From an uncultured Gammaproteobacteria bacterium (lineage in GTDB: Bacteria > Pseudomonadota > Gammaproteobacteria > UBA9214), in assembly GCA_963748215.1 (NCBI GenBank), contig CAVVHS010000001.1:12539-76538 (forward strand): a stretch of DNA of 64,000 nucleotides. The letters run 5' to 3'. The position numbers and the translations under genes are program-made. Positions 19,709 to 30,575 of this stretch are shown in pieces; the stretch's first letter is position 1, and each line of letters opens with the position of its first letter. The notes beneath the pieces are model-generated. The model made no database searches, was not told the origin of the DNA, and worked only from the letters and a program-made list of their open reading frames with translations.

Positions 19709-20365
19709 ATGAAGAATTCCACAATTATACGCATGCTCCTGCTGTCCGCGCTGCTGTTGTCGGTGCCTGAAATACGGGCGGCGCCGGACGTGCGCGTGGT
19801 CGGCCTGTTCAGCGGACGGGCCGTGGTTCAGATCGACGGCCGGCAGGCCGTGCTGCGGATCGGCGAAACCGGGCCGCAGGGTGTCCTGCTGCTGTCCGCA
19901 GACAGCGAGTCGGCGCTGCTGGAAATCGACGGAGAACAGATCGAGGCGCGTATGGATGGCCGGGTCACCGCACGCAAGCGTGAGGCAGCGGTTCAGGAAT
20001 TCAATGTCTGGCGCAACACCAGCGGCATGTATACCACGGTGGGCAGCATCAATGGCCTGCCCGTGTCGTTCCTGGTCGACACCGGTGCCACGCAGGTGGC
20101 GCTGAATTCGGCCCAGGCGCGGCGGCTGGGTATCGATTACCGCGTAACCGGCACCGAGGCTGCGGTTACCACGGCCTCGGGTGTGGAGCCTGCATGGATG
20201 GTGACGCTGGGCAGCGTCAAGGTCGGCGAGCTGGAAGTGCGCAATGTCGGTGCAGTCATCATCGAGGGGCCGCAGCCTGAAACTGCGCTGCTGGGGATGA
20301 GTTACCTGGGCCGTTTCGAGATCACCAACAGCGGGCAGCTGATGACACTCAGGAAAAAATACTGA
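19709..20365 (+). CDS. Clan AA retropepsin-like aspartic protease (TIGR02281 type)
   Basis: FLVDTGAT, LLGMSYLGRF, N-terminal signal peptide. Confidence 0.9.
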   Translation: MKNSTIIRMLLLSALLLSVPEIRAAPDVRVVGLFSGRAVVQIDGRQAVLRIGETGPQGVLLLSADSESALLEIDGEQIEARMDGRVTARKREAAVQEFNVWRNTSGMYTTVGSINGLPVSFLVDTGATQVALNSAQARRLGIDYRVTGTEAAVTTASGVEPAWMVTLGSVKVGELEVRNVGAVIIEGPQPETALLGMSYLGRFEITNSGQLMTLRKKY

Positions 20366-20383
20366 GCAACCGCGCGGCGCGGT

Positions 20384-21202
20384 TCAGAGCGGGTCCTTGA
20401 CGTGCTCGATCAGCGCGTAGGCCGAGTGGTTGTGAATGGATTCGAAATTCTCGGATTCCACTGTGTAGGCCCTGATGCGGTTGTCGGCATTCAGGCGTCC
20501 GGCCACATCGCGCACCATGTCCTCGACGAACTTGGGGTTGTTGTACGCCTTTTCCGTGACGTATTTTTCGTCGGGCCGTTTCAGCAGGCCATAGAGTTCG
20601 CACGAGGCTTCGCTCTCTACCAGGTCGATCAGGTCCTCGATCCAGACGAAGCCGCTGGTCTGCGCGTTGACAGTCACATGCGAGCGCTGGTTGTGTGCGC
20701 CGTACTCGGAAATCTTCTTGGAACACGGGCACAGGCTGGTCACCGGCACGACGACCTTGATGTTCATCTTCGGCTTGCCGTCGATGATTTCGCCGATCAG
20801 GGTGACGTCGTAATCCAGCAGGCTCTGGACCCCGGAGACCGGGGCGGCCTTGTTGATGAAGTAGCTGAAGTTCATCTCGATATGACCGGATTCGGCCTCC
20901 AGCCGCCCGGTCATTTCCCGCAGCATCTCGCGGAACGAATCCACCGTGATCTCGTACTCGTGCTGGTTGAGGATTTCCACGAACCGCGACATGTGCGTGC
21001 CCTTGAAGTTGTGCGGCAGGTTCACGTACATGTTGAAGGTGGCGATGGTGTGCTGCTCGCCGCCGCTGCGGTCGGTGACGCGCACCGGGTGGCGGATATC
21101 CTTGATGCCGACCTTGTCGATCGGGAGCTGGCGCGTATCCGTGCTGCCTTGCACATCGGCGATGGCAGGGGTGCCGCTGTGTGACATTTCAGTTGATTTC
21201 AT
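20384..21202 (-). CDS. folE2: GTP cyclohydrolase IB
   Basis: [37 protein letters not shown]. Confidence 0.96.
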   Translation of the reverse strand: MKSTEMSHSGTPAIADVQGSTDTRQLPIDKVGIKDIRHPVRVTDRSGGEQHTIATFNMYVNLPHNFKGTHMSRFVEILNQHEYEITVDSFREMLREMTGRLEAESGHIEMNFSYFINKAAPVSGVQSLLDYDVTLIGEIIDGKPKMNIKVVVPVTSLCPCSKKISEYGAHNQRSHVTVNAQTSGFVWIEDLIDLVESEASCELYGLLKRPDEKYVTEKAYNNPKFVEDMVRDVAGRLNADNRIRAYTVESENFESIHNHSAYALIEHVKDPL

Positions 21203-21310
21203 AGCGTTGAATCCAGGTTTGTAGCGCCATCCCGAACGCGAGAGCCTAGCGGCCCGGGGTGGGGCCTGAATACCCGCCCAAAGGGGTAGTAGCGAGCGTC
21301 CTGTGCGGCT

Positions 21311-21335
21311 ATTCCTGAGTGAATTAGTAGGATAC
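21311..21335. promoter_or_regulatory. Possible IscR/Rrf2-type site upstream of folE2
   Basis: ATTCCTGAGTGAATTAGTAGGATAC imperfect palindrome resembling IscR type-1 sites. Confidence 0.35.
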
Positions 21336-21386
21336 TAGCCGAGGCCGTCGGCGTGCGCAATCCGCCGGGCGGGGTGGTCTGTCTTA

Positions 21387-22298
21387 TTATCTTTCTCTTT
21401 CAATAATATAGGCAGATATCCAGCGCAGCGGATCGGCGTGTTCACCGAAACCGGACAGGCTGCTCACGGCCTCTTCGTGCAGTTCGCGAGCGCGCTGGCG
21501 CGCCGCCTCCATGCCCATAAGCGCAGGGTAGGTGGATTTCTCGCGCTGCAGGTCCATCCCGGTGTGCTTGCCCAGCATGTGGGTTTCGCCTTCCACATCG
21601 AGGATGTCATCGCGGATCTGAAAGGCCAGCCCGATGCACTTGGCGTAGTGGTCCAGGCTGTCCAGTTGTGCCGCGCTGGCATGGCCGGCGCAATGCGCGC
21701 CCAGCAGCACGCTGGCCCTGACCAGGGCGCCGGTCTTGTGGATATGCATGTCTTCCAACTCGGCAATATTGAGCTGGCGCCCGGTGGCGGCCAGGTCGAT
21801 GGCCTGGCCGCCGGCCATGCCGCGCGAGCCGGCCGCGAGCGCCAGCCTGTCGAGCATGAGCAGGCGGGTGGCTGCGTCGAGGTCGTCCTGGCGGGCATGT
21901 GCCAGGACGTGAAAGGCGAGCGACTGCAGGGCGTCGCCGGCCAGTATGGCGGTGGCCTCGTCGAAGGCCCGGTGGCAGCTTGGCTTGTTGCGGCGCAGGT
22001 CGTCGTCGTCCATGGCGGGCAGGTCGTCATGAACCAGTGAGTAGGCATGTATGAGTTCAACGGCGCAGGCCGGCGTATCCAGGCAGGCGGGCGAGGCGCC
22101 GAGCGCGTGGCCACCGGCATAGACCAGGGTCGGGCGGATGCGCTTGCCGCCGTCGAGCACGGCGTAGCGCATGGCCTCATGCAGCCGGGCCGGGAGGGTG
22201 GCGGCGGCTGGCAGCCAGTGCAGGAGGGCTGATTCGAGACGTTCACGGCAGTCTGCCATGAACGCCGACAGGGCGGCGTCAGGCGTCTTCACTGTCAA
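21387..22298 (-). CDS. ispA: Farnesyl diphosphate synthase
   Basis: GGKRIRP, HDDLPAMDDDDLRR, KTGAL, FQIRDDILD. Confidence 0.96.
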   Translation of the reverse strand: MTVKTPDAALSAFMADCRERLESALLHWLPAAATLPARLHEAMRYAVLDGGKRIRPTLVYAGGHALGASPACLDTPACAVELIHAYSLVHDDLPAMDDDDLRRNKPSCHRAFDEATAILAGDALQSLAFHVLAHARQDDLDAATRLLMLDRLALAAGSRGMAGGQAIDLAATGRQLNIAELEDMHIHKTGALVRASVLLGAHCAGHASAAQLDSLDHYAKCIGLAFQIRDDILDVEGETHMLGKHTGMDLQREKSTYPALMGMEAARQRARELHEEAVSSLSGFGEHADPLRWISAYIIERER

Positions 22299-22521
22299 GC
22301 GGCACGATGTCTTCCCGATCGTTCTTCTGCATCAGGATTTCTACTTTCTGCTCGGCGTCCCTGAGTGCCTGCTGGCAGGCCCGCGAGAGCTGCACGCCCT
22401 TTTCGAAATGCTGCAGGGAATCCTCCAGGCTCAGCTCGCCATGCTCCATTTTTTCAACGAGCGCTTCGAGTTCCTCCAAGGCCTTTTCAAATCCTGGTGC
22501 GGTGGTGCGTTTTTTCGTCAT
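22279..22521 (-). CDS. xseB: Exodeoxyribonuclease VII small subunit
   Basis: FEKALEELEALVEKMEHGELSLEDSL; xseB-ispA synteny. Confidence 0.96.
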   Translation of the reverse strand: MTKKRTTAPGFEKALEELEALVEKMEHGELSLEDSLQHFEKGVQLSRACQQALRDAEQKVEILMQKNDREDIVPLDSEDA

Positions 22522-22605
22522 AACTTGAATCTTTCGGACATTCGGCCTACGTTACAACACCCCGCCGACAAGGGTCAATTTCGCGTACGGCTTATAGTGC
22601 ATGTC

Positions 22606-22661
22606 TTGACGAAGGGTAGTGGCCGGAGTAATGTAATGGCCACATGTAGACCAGGTCTAAA
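22606..22661 (+). promoter_or_regulatory. Sigma70-like promoter and palindromic operator of the rubrerythrin operon
   Basis: TTGACG-17-TAATGT, then TGTAGAC-CAG-GTCTAAA at 22645-22661. Confidence 0.5.
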
Positions 22662-22712
22662 TCCACCGGGGGGCGACCCCGGAATCCGCAACTTGTGACG
22701 AGAGGAAATATC

Positions 22713-23132
22713 ATGGATCTTAAAGGCAGCTCAACTGAAAAGAACCTGAAAGACGCGTTTGCCGGCGAATCGCAGGCCAACCGCCGCTACCTGTATTTCG
22801 CAGCCAAGGCCGATGTCGAGGGTTATAACGACGTTGCCGCGGTGTTTCGTTCGACCGCAGAAGGCGAGACCGGCCACGCCCACGGACATCTCGAGTACCT
22901 GGAGGCCGTGGGTGATCCGGCAACCGGTCTGCCGATCGGCCCCACCAACAACAACCTGAAGGCCGCGATCGCCGGTGAAACGCACGAGTACACCGACATG
23001 TATCCGGGTATGGCCAAGTCCGCGCGCGACGAAGGCTTTGACGAGATCGCCGACTGGTTCGAGACGCTGGCCAAGGCCGAGCGTTCCCATGCGAACCGCT
23101 TCCAGAAGGCGCTCGATTCCATGGAAGACTGA
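22713..23132 (+). CDS. Rubrerythrin (short form, no rubredoxin domain)
   Basis: [38 protein letters not shown]. Confidence 0.95.
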   Translation: MDLKGSSTEKNLKDAFAGESQANRRYLYFAAKADVEGYNDVAAVFRSTAEGETGHAHGHLEYLEAVGDPATGLPIGPTNNNLKAAIAGETHEYTDMYPGMAKSARDEGFDEIADWFETLAKAERSHANRFQKALDSMED

Positions 23133-23156
23133 CCGGACGGCCGGTTGCTGTAACTG

Positions 23157-23183
23157 CACGGGGCCGGTATATCCGGCCCCGTG
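23157..23183. terminator. GC-rich hairpin after rubrerythrin (partial terminator or mRNA stabiliser)
   Basis: CACGGGGCCGG-TATAT-CCGGCCCCGTG. Confidence 0.55.
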
Positions 23184-23239
23184 TATAAACAGGTAGTATT
23201 GCCACTCATTCAAACCCGCCACACTGGATTGTAACGCGC

Positions 23240-24586
23240 ATGGGATCGACCACAGAGGGCACACGCGAGGGTAACCTGGAGGCGCCTACCCGGCATCCGC
23301 TGGACTGGACCAACCCGTCTTTCTACGACGAGGAAAACCTGTTCACTGAACTGGAACGGGTATTCGACATCTGCCACGGCTGTCGCCGCTGTTTCAGCCT
23401 GTGCAACGCCTTTCCCACCCTGTTCGATGCGATCGACGCCTCCGACACCATGGAGCTCGACGGCGTGCCGCGCCAGGTTTACTGGGAGGTCGTCGATCAC
23501 TGTTACCTGTGCGACATGTGCTACATGACCAAGTGTCCGTACGTGCCGCCGCACGAGTGGAACGTCGATTTCCCGCACCTGATGTTGCGCGCCAAGGCGA
23601 TCAGGTTCAAACAGGGCAAAACCCGGAAACGTGATCGCATCCTGACTTCGACCGATGCAGTCGGCAAGCTGGCCGCGATTCCGATCGTGACCCCGATCGT
23701 CAATGCCACCAACCGCAGCACGGTCGGCCGCAAGCTGCTCGACCGGGTGCTTGGCGTGCATCCGAATGCCATCGTACCGAAGTATCACTCGAAGACCCTG
23801 CGCAAGCGGGTGAAGAAAGACAGCGGTGAAGATGCCGTGCCGGCCGGCCCGACCACCGGCAAGGTGGTGCTGTTCGCCACCTGTTACGGCAATTACAACG
23901 AGCCGGACATCGGCGAAGACCTGGTCGCGGTGTTCAGGCACAACGACATCGCGGTAACGCTGGCGCAGCGGGAGCAGTGCTGCGGCATGCCCAGGCTGGA
24001 ACTGGGCGACCTCGACTCGGTAAAGGCGGCGAGCGATGCCAATATCCCCGAGCTGCTCAGGCTGGTCGACGCAGGCTGGGATATCGTCGCGCCGGTGCCG
24101 TCCTGCGTGCTGATGTTCAAGCAGGAACTGCCGCTGATGTTCCCGGACGACAAGGATGTGCAGCGCGTGCGCGCCGCGATCTACGATCCCTTCGAATACC
24201 TGATGCTTCGTCACCGTCACAACAAGCTGAAAACGGATTTCAGCACCTCGCTCGGCATGGTCGCCTATCATGTCGCCTGTCACCTGCGCGTGCAGAACAT
24301 CGGCATGAAAACGCGCGACCTGTTGCAGCTGGTACCGGGCACCACGGTGGAAGCCATCGAGCGCTGCTCGGGACACGACGGCACCTATGCCGTGAAGAAG
24401 GAGTTCCACGAGACCTCGATGAAGATCTGCCGGCCGGTGGTCAACCGCGTGGTGCGTGCCGAGGCGGCCTGGTACAGCAGCGACTGTCCCATGGCCGGAC
24501 ACCAGATCGAGAACGGAATGGACAATGCGCAGCCTCCGGTGCACCCGCTGACCCTGCTGCGCATGGCATACGGTCTGGACGGCTGA
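23240..24586 (+). CDS. Rubrerythrin-associated Fe-S oxidoreductase (GlpC/HdrD-like)
   Basis: CHGCRRCFSLC, CYLCDMCYMTKCPY, CCG domains. Confidence 0.92.
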   Translation: MGSTTEGTREGNLEAPTRHPLDWTNPSFYDEENLFTELERVFDICHGCRRCFSLCNAFPTLFDAIDASDTMELDGVPRQVYWEVVDHCYLCDMCYMTKCPYVPPHEWNVDFPHLMLRAKAIRFKQGKTRKRDRILTSTDAVGKLAAIPIVTPIVNATNRSTVGRKLLDRVLGVHPNAIVPKYHSKTLRKRVKKDSGEDAVPAGPTTGKVVLFATCYGNYNEPDIGEDLVAVFRHNDIAVTLAQREQCCGMPRLELGDLDSVKAASDANIPELLRLVDAGWDIVAPVPSCVLMFKQELPLMFPDDKDVQRVRAAIYDPFEYLMLRHRHNKLKTDFSTSLGMVAYHVACHLRVQNIGMKTRDLLQLVPGTTVEAIERCSGHDGTYAVKKEFHETSMKICRPVVNRVVRAEAAWYSSDCPMAGHQIENGMDNAQPPVHPLTLLRMAYGLDG

Positions 24587-24593
24587 CAGATTG

Positions 24594-25178
24594 ATGGACA
24601 AGCTCACGCGCCGCGATCTCTACAGCCTCGAGCAGTATGCCGAGAACCGTGCCGACATACGCGCACGGGTAATGGCGCACAAGAAAGACCGCAAGGTCCA
24701 CATCGGACCAAACGCCACCCTCTATTTCGAGGATCGCCAGACTATTCATTACCAGATCCAGGAAATGCTGCGCGTGGAACGCATCTTCGAGGCCGGCGGC
24801 ATCGAGGATGAGCTGGCCGCCTATAACCCGTTGATACCTGACGGGAGTAACTGGAAGGCCACCTTCATGATCGAAGAGGCAGATGTCGACAGGCGTCGTG
24901 CGTTGCTGGCCGGCCTGATCGGGATCGAGGACCGGGTCTGGGTCCAGGTGGATGGCCATGACCCGGTTCATGCCATAGCGGACGAGGACCTCGACCGTGA
25001 AACCGCCGACAAGACCTCCTCGGTGCACTTTCTGCGCTTCGAACTCACTGCTGCGATGGTGGCCAGCCTCAGGCAGGGCGCGTCCCTGAGCATGGGCATC
25101 GACCACTCCGCCTACCGGCACCAGCTCGAGCCGGTCGCGCCAGCGGTGCGTAATTCACTGCTTGCCGACCTTGATTGA
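24594..25178 (+). CDS. DUF3501 family protein
   Basis: FEDRQTIHYQIQEMLRVE, YNPLIP, KTSSVHFLRF; typical third gene of this cluster. Confidence 0.9.
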   Translation: MDKLTRRDLYSLEQYAENRADIRARVMAHKKDRKVHIGPNATLYFEDRQTIHYQIQEMLRVERIFEAGGIEDELAAYNPLIPDGSNWKATFMIEEADVDRRRALLAGLIGIEDRVWVQVDGHDPVHAIADEDLDRETADKTSSVHFLRFELTAAMVASLRQGASLSMGIDHSAYRHQLEPVAPAVRNSLLADLD

Positions 25179-25290
25179 ACCGCTAACTCCCCGGCGCGGC
25201 GTTTGTTTCTCCATGCCGGCCGGGGGGCGTGCGCGGCGGTCCGGCGTTTCAATTGGCGTGGACTGCTTTTTTCATTAAACTGCGCATCCC

Positions 25291-25860
25291 ATGTACCAGC
25301 CGTCGTTTGTCTCCGCGCATCGCCTGCCGGCACTGTGTGCCTGCCTGATGCTATGTTCGGCATTGCCGGTGCTTGCCGGCGCGCTGCCGCGCGAAGACGG
25401 GCCGGTCGGGTTTACACCCGATAACCTGCCGGGTGACCAGCCATGGAAAGAACTGCTAGGCGAGCTGCCGGCCTATCCTGAGCAGTCGCGTCTGCTGGAT
25501 CTCGATATCGATACCGGGGCAAATCCGTTTCGCTATTACCTGGATCCCGCATCCCTGACTGCGGGCGATGACCGGGTTGTGCGATTCACCTCGGTAATCG
25601 TGTCACCAAGCGGCGTCTGGAATGTCACCTACGAGGGACTGCACTGCGGCGACAGGAGTTACCGGCGCATTGCCTATGGCAGCGACGGGCAATGGCACGC
25701 GCTGCCCGAAACACCCTGGCAACGGATCAGCGGCAGCGGCACGCAGCGCTACCGCAAGGTGCTCTACGAAAAGTACATGTGCCCGCCAGCCGAACCCTAC
25801 CAGGATGCCGCCCGTATCCTGCGCCGGCTGCGCTCGAACCGACCGTTGATCGGAGACTGA
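25291..25860 (+). CDS. CNP1-like family exported protein
   Basis: WKE..LPAYP, DRVVRFT, NVTYEGLHC; start uncertain. Confidence 0.78.
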   Translation: MYQPSFVSAHRLPALCACLMLCSALPVLAGALPREDGPVGFTPDNLPGDQPWKELLGELPAYPEQSRLLDLDIDTGANPFRYYLDPASLTAGDDRVVRFTSVIVSPSGVWNVTYEGLHCGDRSYRRIAYGSDGQWHALPETPWQRISGSGTQRYRKVLYEKYMCPPAEPYQDAARILRRLRSNRPLIGD

Positions 25861-25893
25861 TATAAACATGCAGGCCCTGAGGAATAACAGCGC

Positions 25894-27781
25894 ATGAGCG
25901 CGATCTACGACGCCTCCGCGATCGAGGTACTGAGCGGTCTCGAACCGGTGCGCAAGCGCCCGGGCATGTACACCGACACCACCCGGCCAAATCATCTCGC
26001 CCAGGAAGTGATCGACAACAGCATCGACGAGGCCATGGCGGGCCATGCGAAGCGTGTCGACGTGACCGTGTTCAGGGATGGTTCGCTGGCCGTCAGCGAT
26101 GACGGCCGCGGCATGCCGGTCGATATACACCCCGACGAAGGGGTGCCCGGTGTCGAGGTCATCCTGACGCGGTTGCACTCCGGCGGCAAGTTTTCCTCGA
26201 AGAACTACCAGTTTTCCGGTGGCCTGCACGGGGTCGGTGTATCCGTGGTCAATGCCCTGTCGAAACACCTGGAAGTGTGGGTCAAGCGCAACGGCAAGGA
26301 ATACAACATGGCCTTCTCCGGCGGCGACAAGCTGTCGCGGCTGGAAGAAGTCGGCAAGGTCGGCAAGCAGAATACCGGCACCACGCTGCGCTTCTGGCCG
26401 GACCCGAAATATTTCGATTCGCCGAAATTCTCCCTGTCGCGCCTGAAGCACGTGCTGCGTGCCAAGGCCGTGCTGTGCCCGGGCCTGCATGTCAGCCTGT
26501 ATGACGAGGCAGGTGACGAGCGGCTCGAATGGTATTACGAGGACGGCCTGCGCGATTACCTGCGCAGTGCACTGGGTGATTCGCCCACGCTGCCGGAGGA
26601 CTCATTTACCGGCAGGATGGAAGGCAACAGCGAGGCCGCGGAATGGGCGCTGGCATGGCTGCCGCAGGGCGGCGAGACGGTCGCGGAGAGTTACGTCAAC
26701 CTGATCCCGACCATCCAGGGCGGCACCCATGTCAACGGTCTGCGCATGGGCCTGACCGAGGCGGTGCGCGAATTCTGCGAGTTCCGCAACCTGCTGCCGC
26801 GTGGCGTGAAACTGAGCCCCGAGGATGTCTGGGACAACTGCAGCTACATCCTGTCAGTCAAGCTGGAAGATCCGCAGTTCAGCGGCCAGACCAAGGAGCG
26901 CCTGTCATCGCGCGAATGCGCGGCGTTCGTCTCCGGCGTCGTGCAGCGACGCGTTCGGCCTGTGGCTGAATCATCATACCGAGGTCGGCGAGCGCATCGC
27001 CTGGCTGGCCATCGAGAACGCGCAGTCGCGGCTGCGCGCCGGCAAGAAGGTGGTGCGCAAGAAGATTACCGCCGGGCCGGCGCTGCCGGGCAAGCTGGCC
27101 GATTGCACCTCGACCGACAGCGAGCGCTCTGAGCTGTTCCTGGTGGAGGGCGATTCCGCCGGCGGTTCTGCCAAGCAGGCGCGCGATCGTACCTACCAGG
27201 CGATCATGCCGCTGCGCGGCAAGATCCTGAATACCTGGGAGGTCGATTCCGCGGATGTGCTGGCCTCGCAGGAGGTGCATGATATTTCCATCGCCATCGG
27301 CGTGGAGCCGGGCACTGGCCGGCTCGACAAGCTGCGCTACAACAAGATCTGCATCCTGGCCGATGCGGATTCCGACGGCGCGCATATCGCCACGCTGCTG
27401 TGCGCGCTGTTCCTGCGCCATTTTCGCGCACTGGTCGAGGCCGGACACGTGTATGTCGCGATGCCGCCTCTGTATCGCATCGATGCCGGCAAGGAAGTCT
27501 ATTACGCGCTGGATGATGCGGAGAAGCAGGGCGTGCTGGACCGCATTGCGGCGGAAAAGATCAAGGGCAAGGTGACGGTGCAGCGCTTCAAGGGGCTGGG
27601 CGAGATGAACCCTATCCAGCTGCGCGAGACCACCATAGCGCCGGAGTCGCGTCGGCTGGTGCAACTGACCATCGATGCCGACGACGACACGCATGGCGTG
27701 ATGGACATGCTGCTGGCGCGCAAGCGGGCATCAGACCGGCGCACCTGGCTGGAATCGCGCGGCGACCTGGCCGAGGTCTAG
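25894..27781 (+). CDS. parE: DNA topoisomerase IV subunit B (apparent frameshift near 26945)
   Basis: GLEPVRKRPGMY, EVIDNSIDE, then in another frame DAFGLWLN, LVEGDSAGGSAKQ, DADSDG, QRFKGLGEM. Confidence 0.95.
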
Positions 27782-27811
27782 CCTGTGGTCGGCCTGGGCA
27801 CATTTTTTTCG

Positions 27812-28084
27812 AATAGCCACGGAAGCACACGGAATTACACGGAATAAAATCATCAAGGAATTTCCGTGCTTTTCTGCGTGTTTTCGTGCCAATCTGGTTA
27901 ATTTGGATATAGCCACGGAAGTACCTGGAAAACATAATGCTTTTTCGTGCAGATTCGTTTCTGCACGGCTATGTAGACAGGCTGTGCAGGCGCACAGGTG
28001 TGTTTGCGCGGACTCTTAAAAAAGGCCACAGATCTGCCTGAAGTTTTATTTTTCCGTGTGCTTCCGTGTGTTTCCGTGGCTATT
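27812..28084. repeat. Nested cluster of CCACGGAA/CACACGGAA inverted repeats between parE and parC
   Basis: AATAGCCACGGAAGCACACGGAA ... TTCCGTGTGTTTCCGTGGCTATT, second TAGCCACGGAAG at ~27910. Confidence 0.85.
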
Positions 28085-28116
28085 AATTAGCATGCTAAAT
28101 AACAGGTTTTGATTCT

Positions 28117-30369
28117 ATGGAAACACTGGAACTCGACTACGAAGGCATCGAGCAGCTGCCGCTGAAGACCTTCACCGAGAAGGCGTACCTGGACTATTCC
28201 ATGTATGTCATTCTCGATCGCGCACTGCCGCATATCGGCGATGGCCTGAAACCGGTGCAGCGACGCATCGTCTACGCCATGTCCGAGCTCGGCCTGCAGG
28301 CTACCGCCAAGCACAAGAAATCCGCGCGTACCGTCGGTGACGTGCTTGGCAAGTTCCATCCGCATGGCGATTCCGCCTGCTACGAGGCGATGGTGCACCT
28401 GGCGCAGGATTTCACCTGCCGTTACCCGCTGGTCGACGGGCAGGGCAACTGGGGCTCGCCGGACGATCCCAAGTCGTTTGCCGCCATGCGCTATACCGAG
28501 GCGCGCCTGACACCCTATGCCGAGGTGCTGCTGGCCGAGCTGGGTCAGGGAACGGTCGAGTGGACGCCGAATTTCGACGGCACCCTGGATGAGCCGTCGC
28601 TGTTGCCGTCGCGATTGCCGAACGTATTGTTGAACGGCGCCACCGGCATCGCCGTGGGCATGGCGACCGACGTGCCGCCGCACAACCTGCGTGAGGTGGC
28701 CGAGGCGGCGATCCTGCTGCTCGACAAGCCGAAGAGCACGCTCGAGGACCTGTGCGAGATCGTCCAGGGACCGGATTTTCCCACCGGTGCGGAGATCATC
28801 TCGACGCGCGCCGAACTGATCGAGGCCTATCGAACCGGTTACGGCAGCGTGCGTATCCGCGCCTGCTACGAGGTCGAGAACGGCGATATCGTGATTACCG
28901 CGCTGCCATTCCAGACCTCTGGCAGCAAGGTGCTGGAGCAGATAGCCGCGCAGATGAACGCGAAGAAACTGCCCATGGTTGAAGACCTGCGTGACGAGTC
29001 CGACCACGAGAGCCCGACGCGCCTGGTGATTGTGCCGCGTTCCGGCCGCGTGGACGTCGAGACGCTCATGTCGCACCTGTTTTCCACTACCGACCTGGAA
29101 CGCACCGTGCGCATCAACCTGAACCTGATCGGGCTGGACGGGCGCCCGAGAATCAAGAACCTTCTGGAGATCCTTCGGGAATGGCTCCAGTTCCGTACCG
29201 CCACCGTACGGCGCCGCCTCGAGTTCCGTCTCGACAAGGTCAACAGCCGCCTGCACCTGCTGGACGGCCTGCTGATTGCGTTCCTCAATCTGGATGAAGT
29301 CATCCATATCATCCGCACCGAGGACAAGCCCAAGCAGGTGCTGATGGAACGCTTCAGGCTGACCGAGGAGCAGGTCAACTACATCCTCGATACGCGCCTG
29401 CGGCAACTGGCACGGCTGGAGGAGATGAAGATCAGGTCCGAGCAGGAGGAGCTGCTGGCCGAGCGTGACGAGCTGCAGGCCATCCTGGGTTCCGAGCGGC
29501 GCCTGAAAACACTGATCAAGAAGGAGTTGCGTGCGGATGCGGACAAGTTCGGTGATGCGCGGCGCTCCGCACTCGTCGAGCGCGAGGCCGCTCAGGTGCT
29601 GGACGAGACCGCGCTGATTCCGAGCGAGGCCGTGACGGTGGTGCTGTCGAAGAACGGCTGGGTGCGCGTCGCCAAGGGACACGACATCGACCCGGTGGAG
29701 ATGAGTTACAAGGCCGGTGACTCCTTTTTCATGGCTGCACGCGGGCGCAGCAACCAGCTCGCGGTGTTCATCGACTCCAACGGCCGGACCTATGCTCTGC
29801 CTGCGCATGGCCTGCCCGGCGCGCGCGGGCAGGGCGAACCGCTGAGCGGGCGGCTCAAACCGGCCGACGGCGCCCGTTTCGCCGGCGTGATGATGGGTGA
29901 GCCGGAGCAGCTGTTCCTGCTCGCCAGCGACGCCGGCTACGGTTTCGTGGCCAGGCTGGCGGACATGATCACGCGCAACAAGGCAGGCAAGTCCATCCTG
30001 TCAGTGCCGAAGGGCGCGGACGTGCTGCCGCCAGTCACGGTGCGCAGTCATGACGACGACTGGATCGTTGCGGCGACCACCGAGGGCTATCTGCTGGTCA
30101 TCCCGCTCAACGAGGTGCCGCAACTGCCGCGCGGCAAGGGCAACAAGATCATCAGCATTCCGTCCACCAAGCTGAAGAGCCGCGAGGAATACGTGGCCGC
30201 GATCGACTGCATCCAGGACGGCGAGAAGCTCACCGTGCACGCGGGCAAGAAGTACAAGACCATGAGCGCGGCAGAGGTCGACGAGTACGCCGGCGAGCGT
30301 GGCCGGCGCGGCCACAAGCTGCCGCGTGGCTACCAGAAGGTCGAGCGGCTGGAAGTGATTCGCTCCTGA
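28117..30369 (+). CDS. parC: DNA topoisomerase IV subunit A
   Basis: [31 protein letters not shown]. Confidence 0.97.
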   Translation: METLELDYEGIEQLPLKTFTEKAYLDYSMYVILDRALPHIGDGLKPVQRRIVYAMSELGLQATAKHKKSARTVGDVLGKFHPHGDSACYEAMVHLAQDFTCRYPLVDGQGNWGSPDDPKSFAAMRYTEARLTPYAEVLLAELGQGTVEWTPNFDGTLDEPSLLPSRLPNVLLNGATGIAVGMATDVPPHNLREVAEAAILLLDKPKSTLEDLCEIVQGPDFPTGAEIISTRAELIEAYRTGYGSVRIRACYEVENGDIVITALPFQTSGSKVLEQIAAQMNAKKLPMVEDLRDESDHESPTRLVIVPRSGRVDVETLMSHLFSTTDLERTVRINLNLIGLDGRPRIKNLLEILREWLQFRTATVRRRLEFRLDKVNSRLHLLDGLLIAFLNLDEVIHIIRTEDKPKQVLMERFRLTEEQVNYILDTRLRQLARLEEMKIRSEQEELLAERDELQAILGSERRLKTLIKKELRADADKFGDARRSALVEREAAQVLDETALIPSEAVTVVLSKNGWVRVAKGHDIDPVEMSYKAGDSFFMAARGRSNQLAVFIDSNGRTYALPAHGLPGARGQGEPLSGRLKPADGARFAGVMMGEPEQLFLLASDAGYGFVARLADMITRNKAGKSILSVPKGADVLPPVTVRSHDDDWIVAATTEGYLLVIPLNEVPQLPRGKGNKIISIPSTKLKSREEYVAAIDCIQDGEKLTVHAGKKYKTMSAAEVDEYAGERGRRGHKLPRGYQKVERLEVIRS

Positions 30370-30454
30370 TACGTGGCAGGCTGCCGCCCGGGGGCCTGCC
30401 AGACACCATACCGCCTGCCACGAGCCCGGTTGCAGACCGTGCAACCGCGGCGGG

Positions 30455-30486
30455 TGCGGCAACTTGTCGCGCGACACAATGCCACA
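30455..30486 (+). promoter_or_regulatory. RegA/PrrA-like GCGNC...GNCGC boxes upstream of tonB
   Basis: TGCGGCAACTTGTCGC then GCGACACAATGCCACA. Confidence 0.45.
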
Positions 30487-30575
30487 TTCTCGCACACGCC
30501 CGGCAACGGTATATTTTCCTAGCAATCCCAATAACTAAAACATCGTTACGGTAATTTTCCGATGGCTGGATACGC

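Noticed and set aside
19709-20365. Retroelement-derived protease
   Set aside because: It is the common chromosomal TIGR02281-type aspartic protease, with no RT or integrase nearby.
21203-21386. ZTP or THF-II riboswitch upstream of folE2
   Set aside because: I could not find the conserved signature sequences by eye.
26935-26960. Programmed ribosomal frameshift in parE
   Set aside because: No slippery sequence or stimulatory structure, and other unrelated genes show similar single indels.
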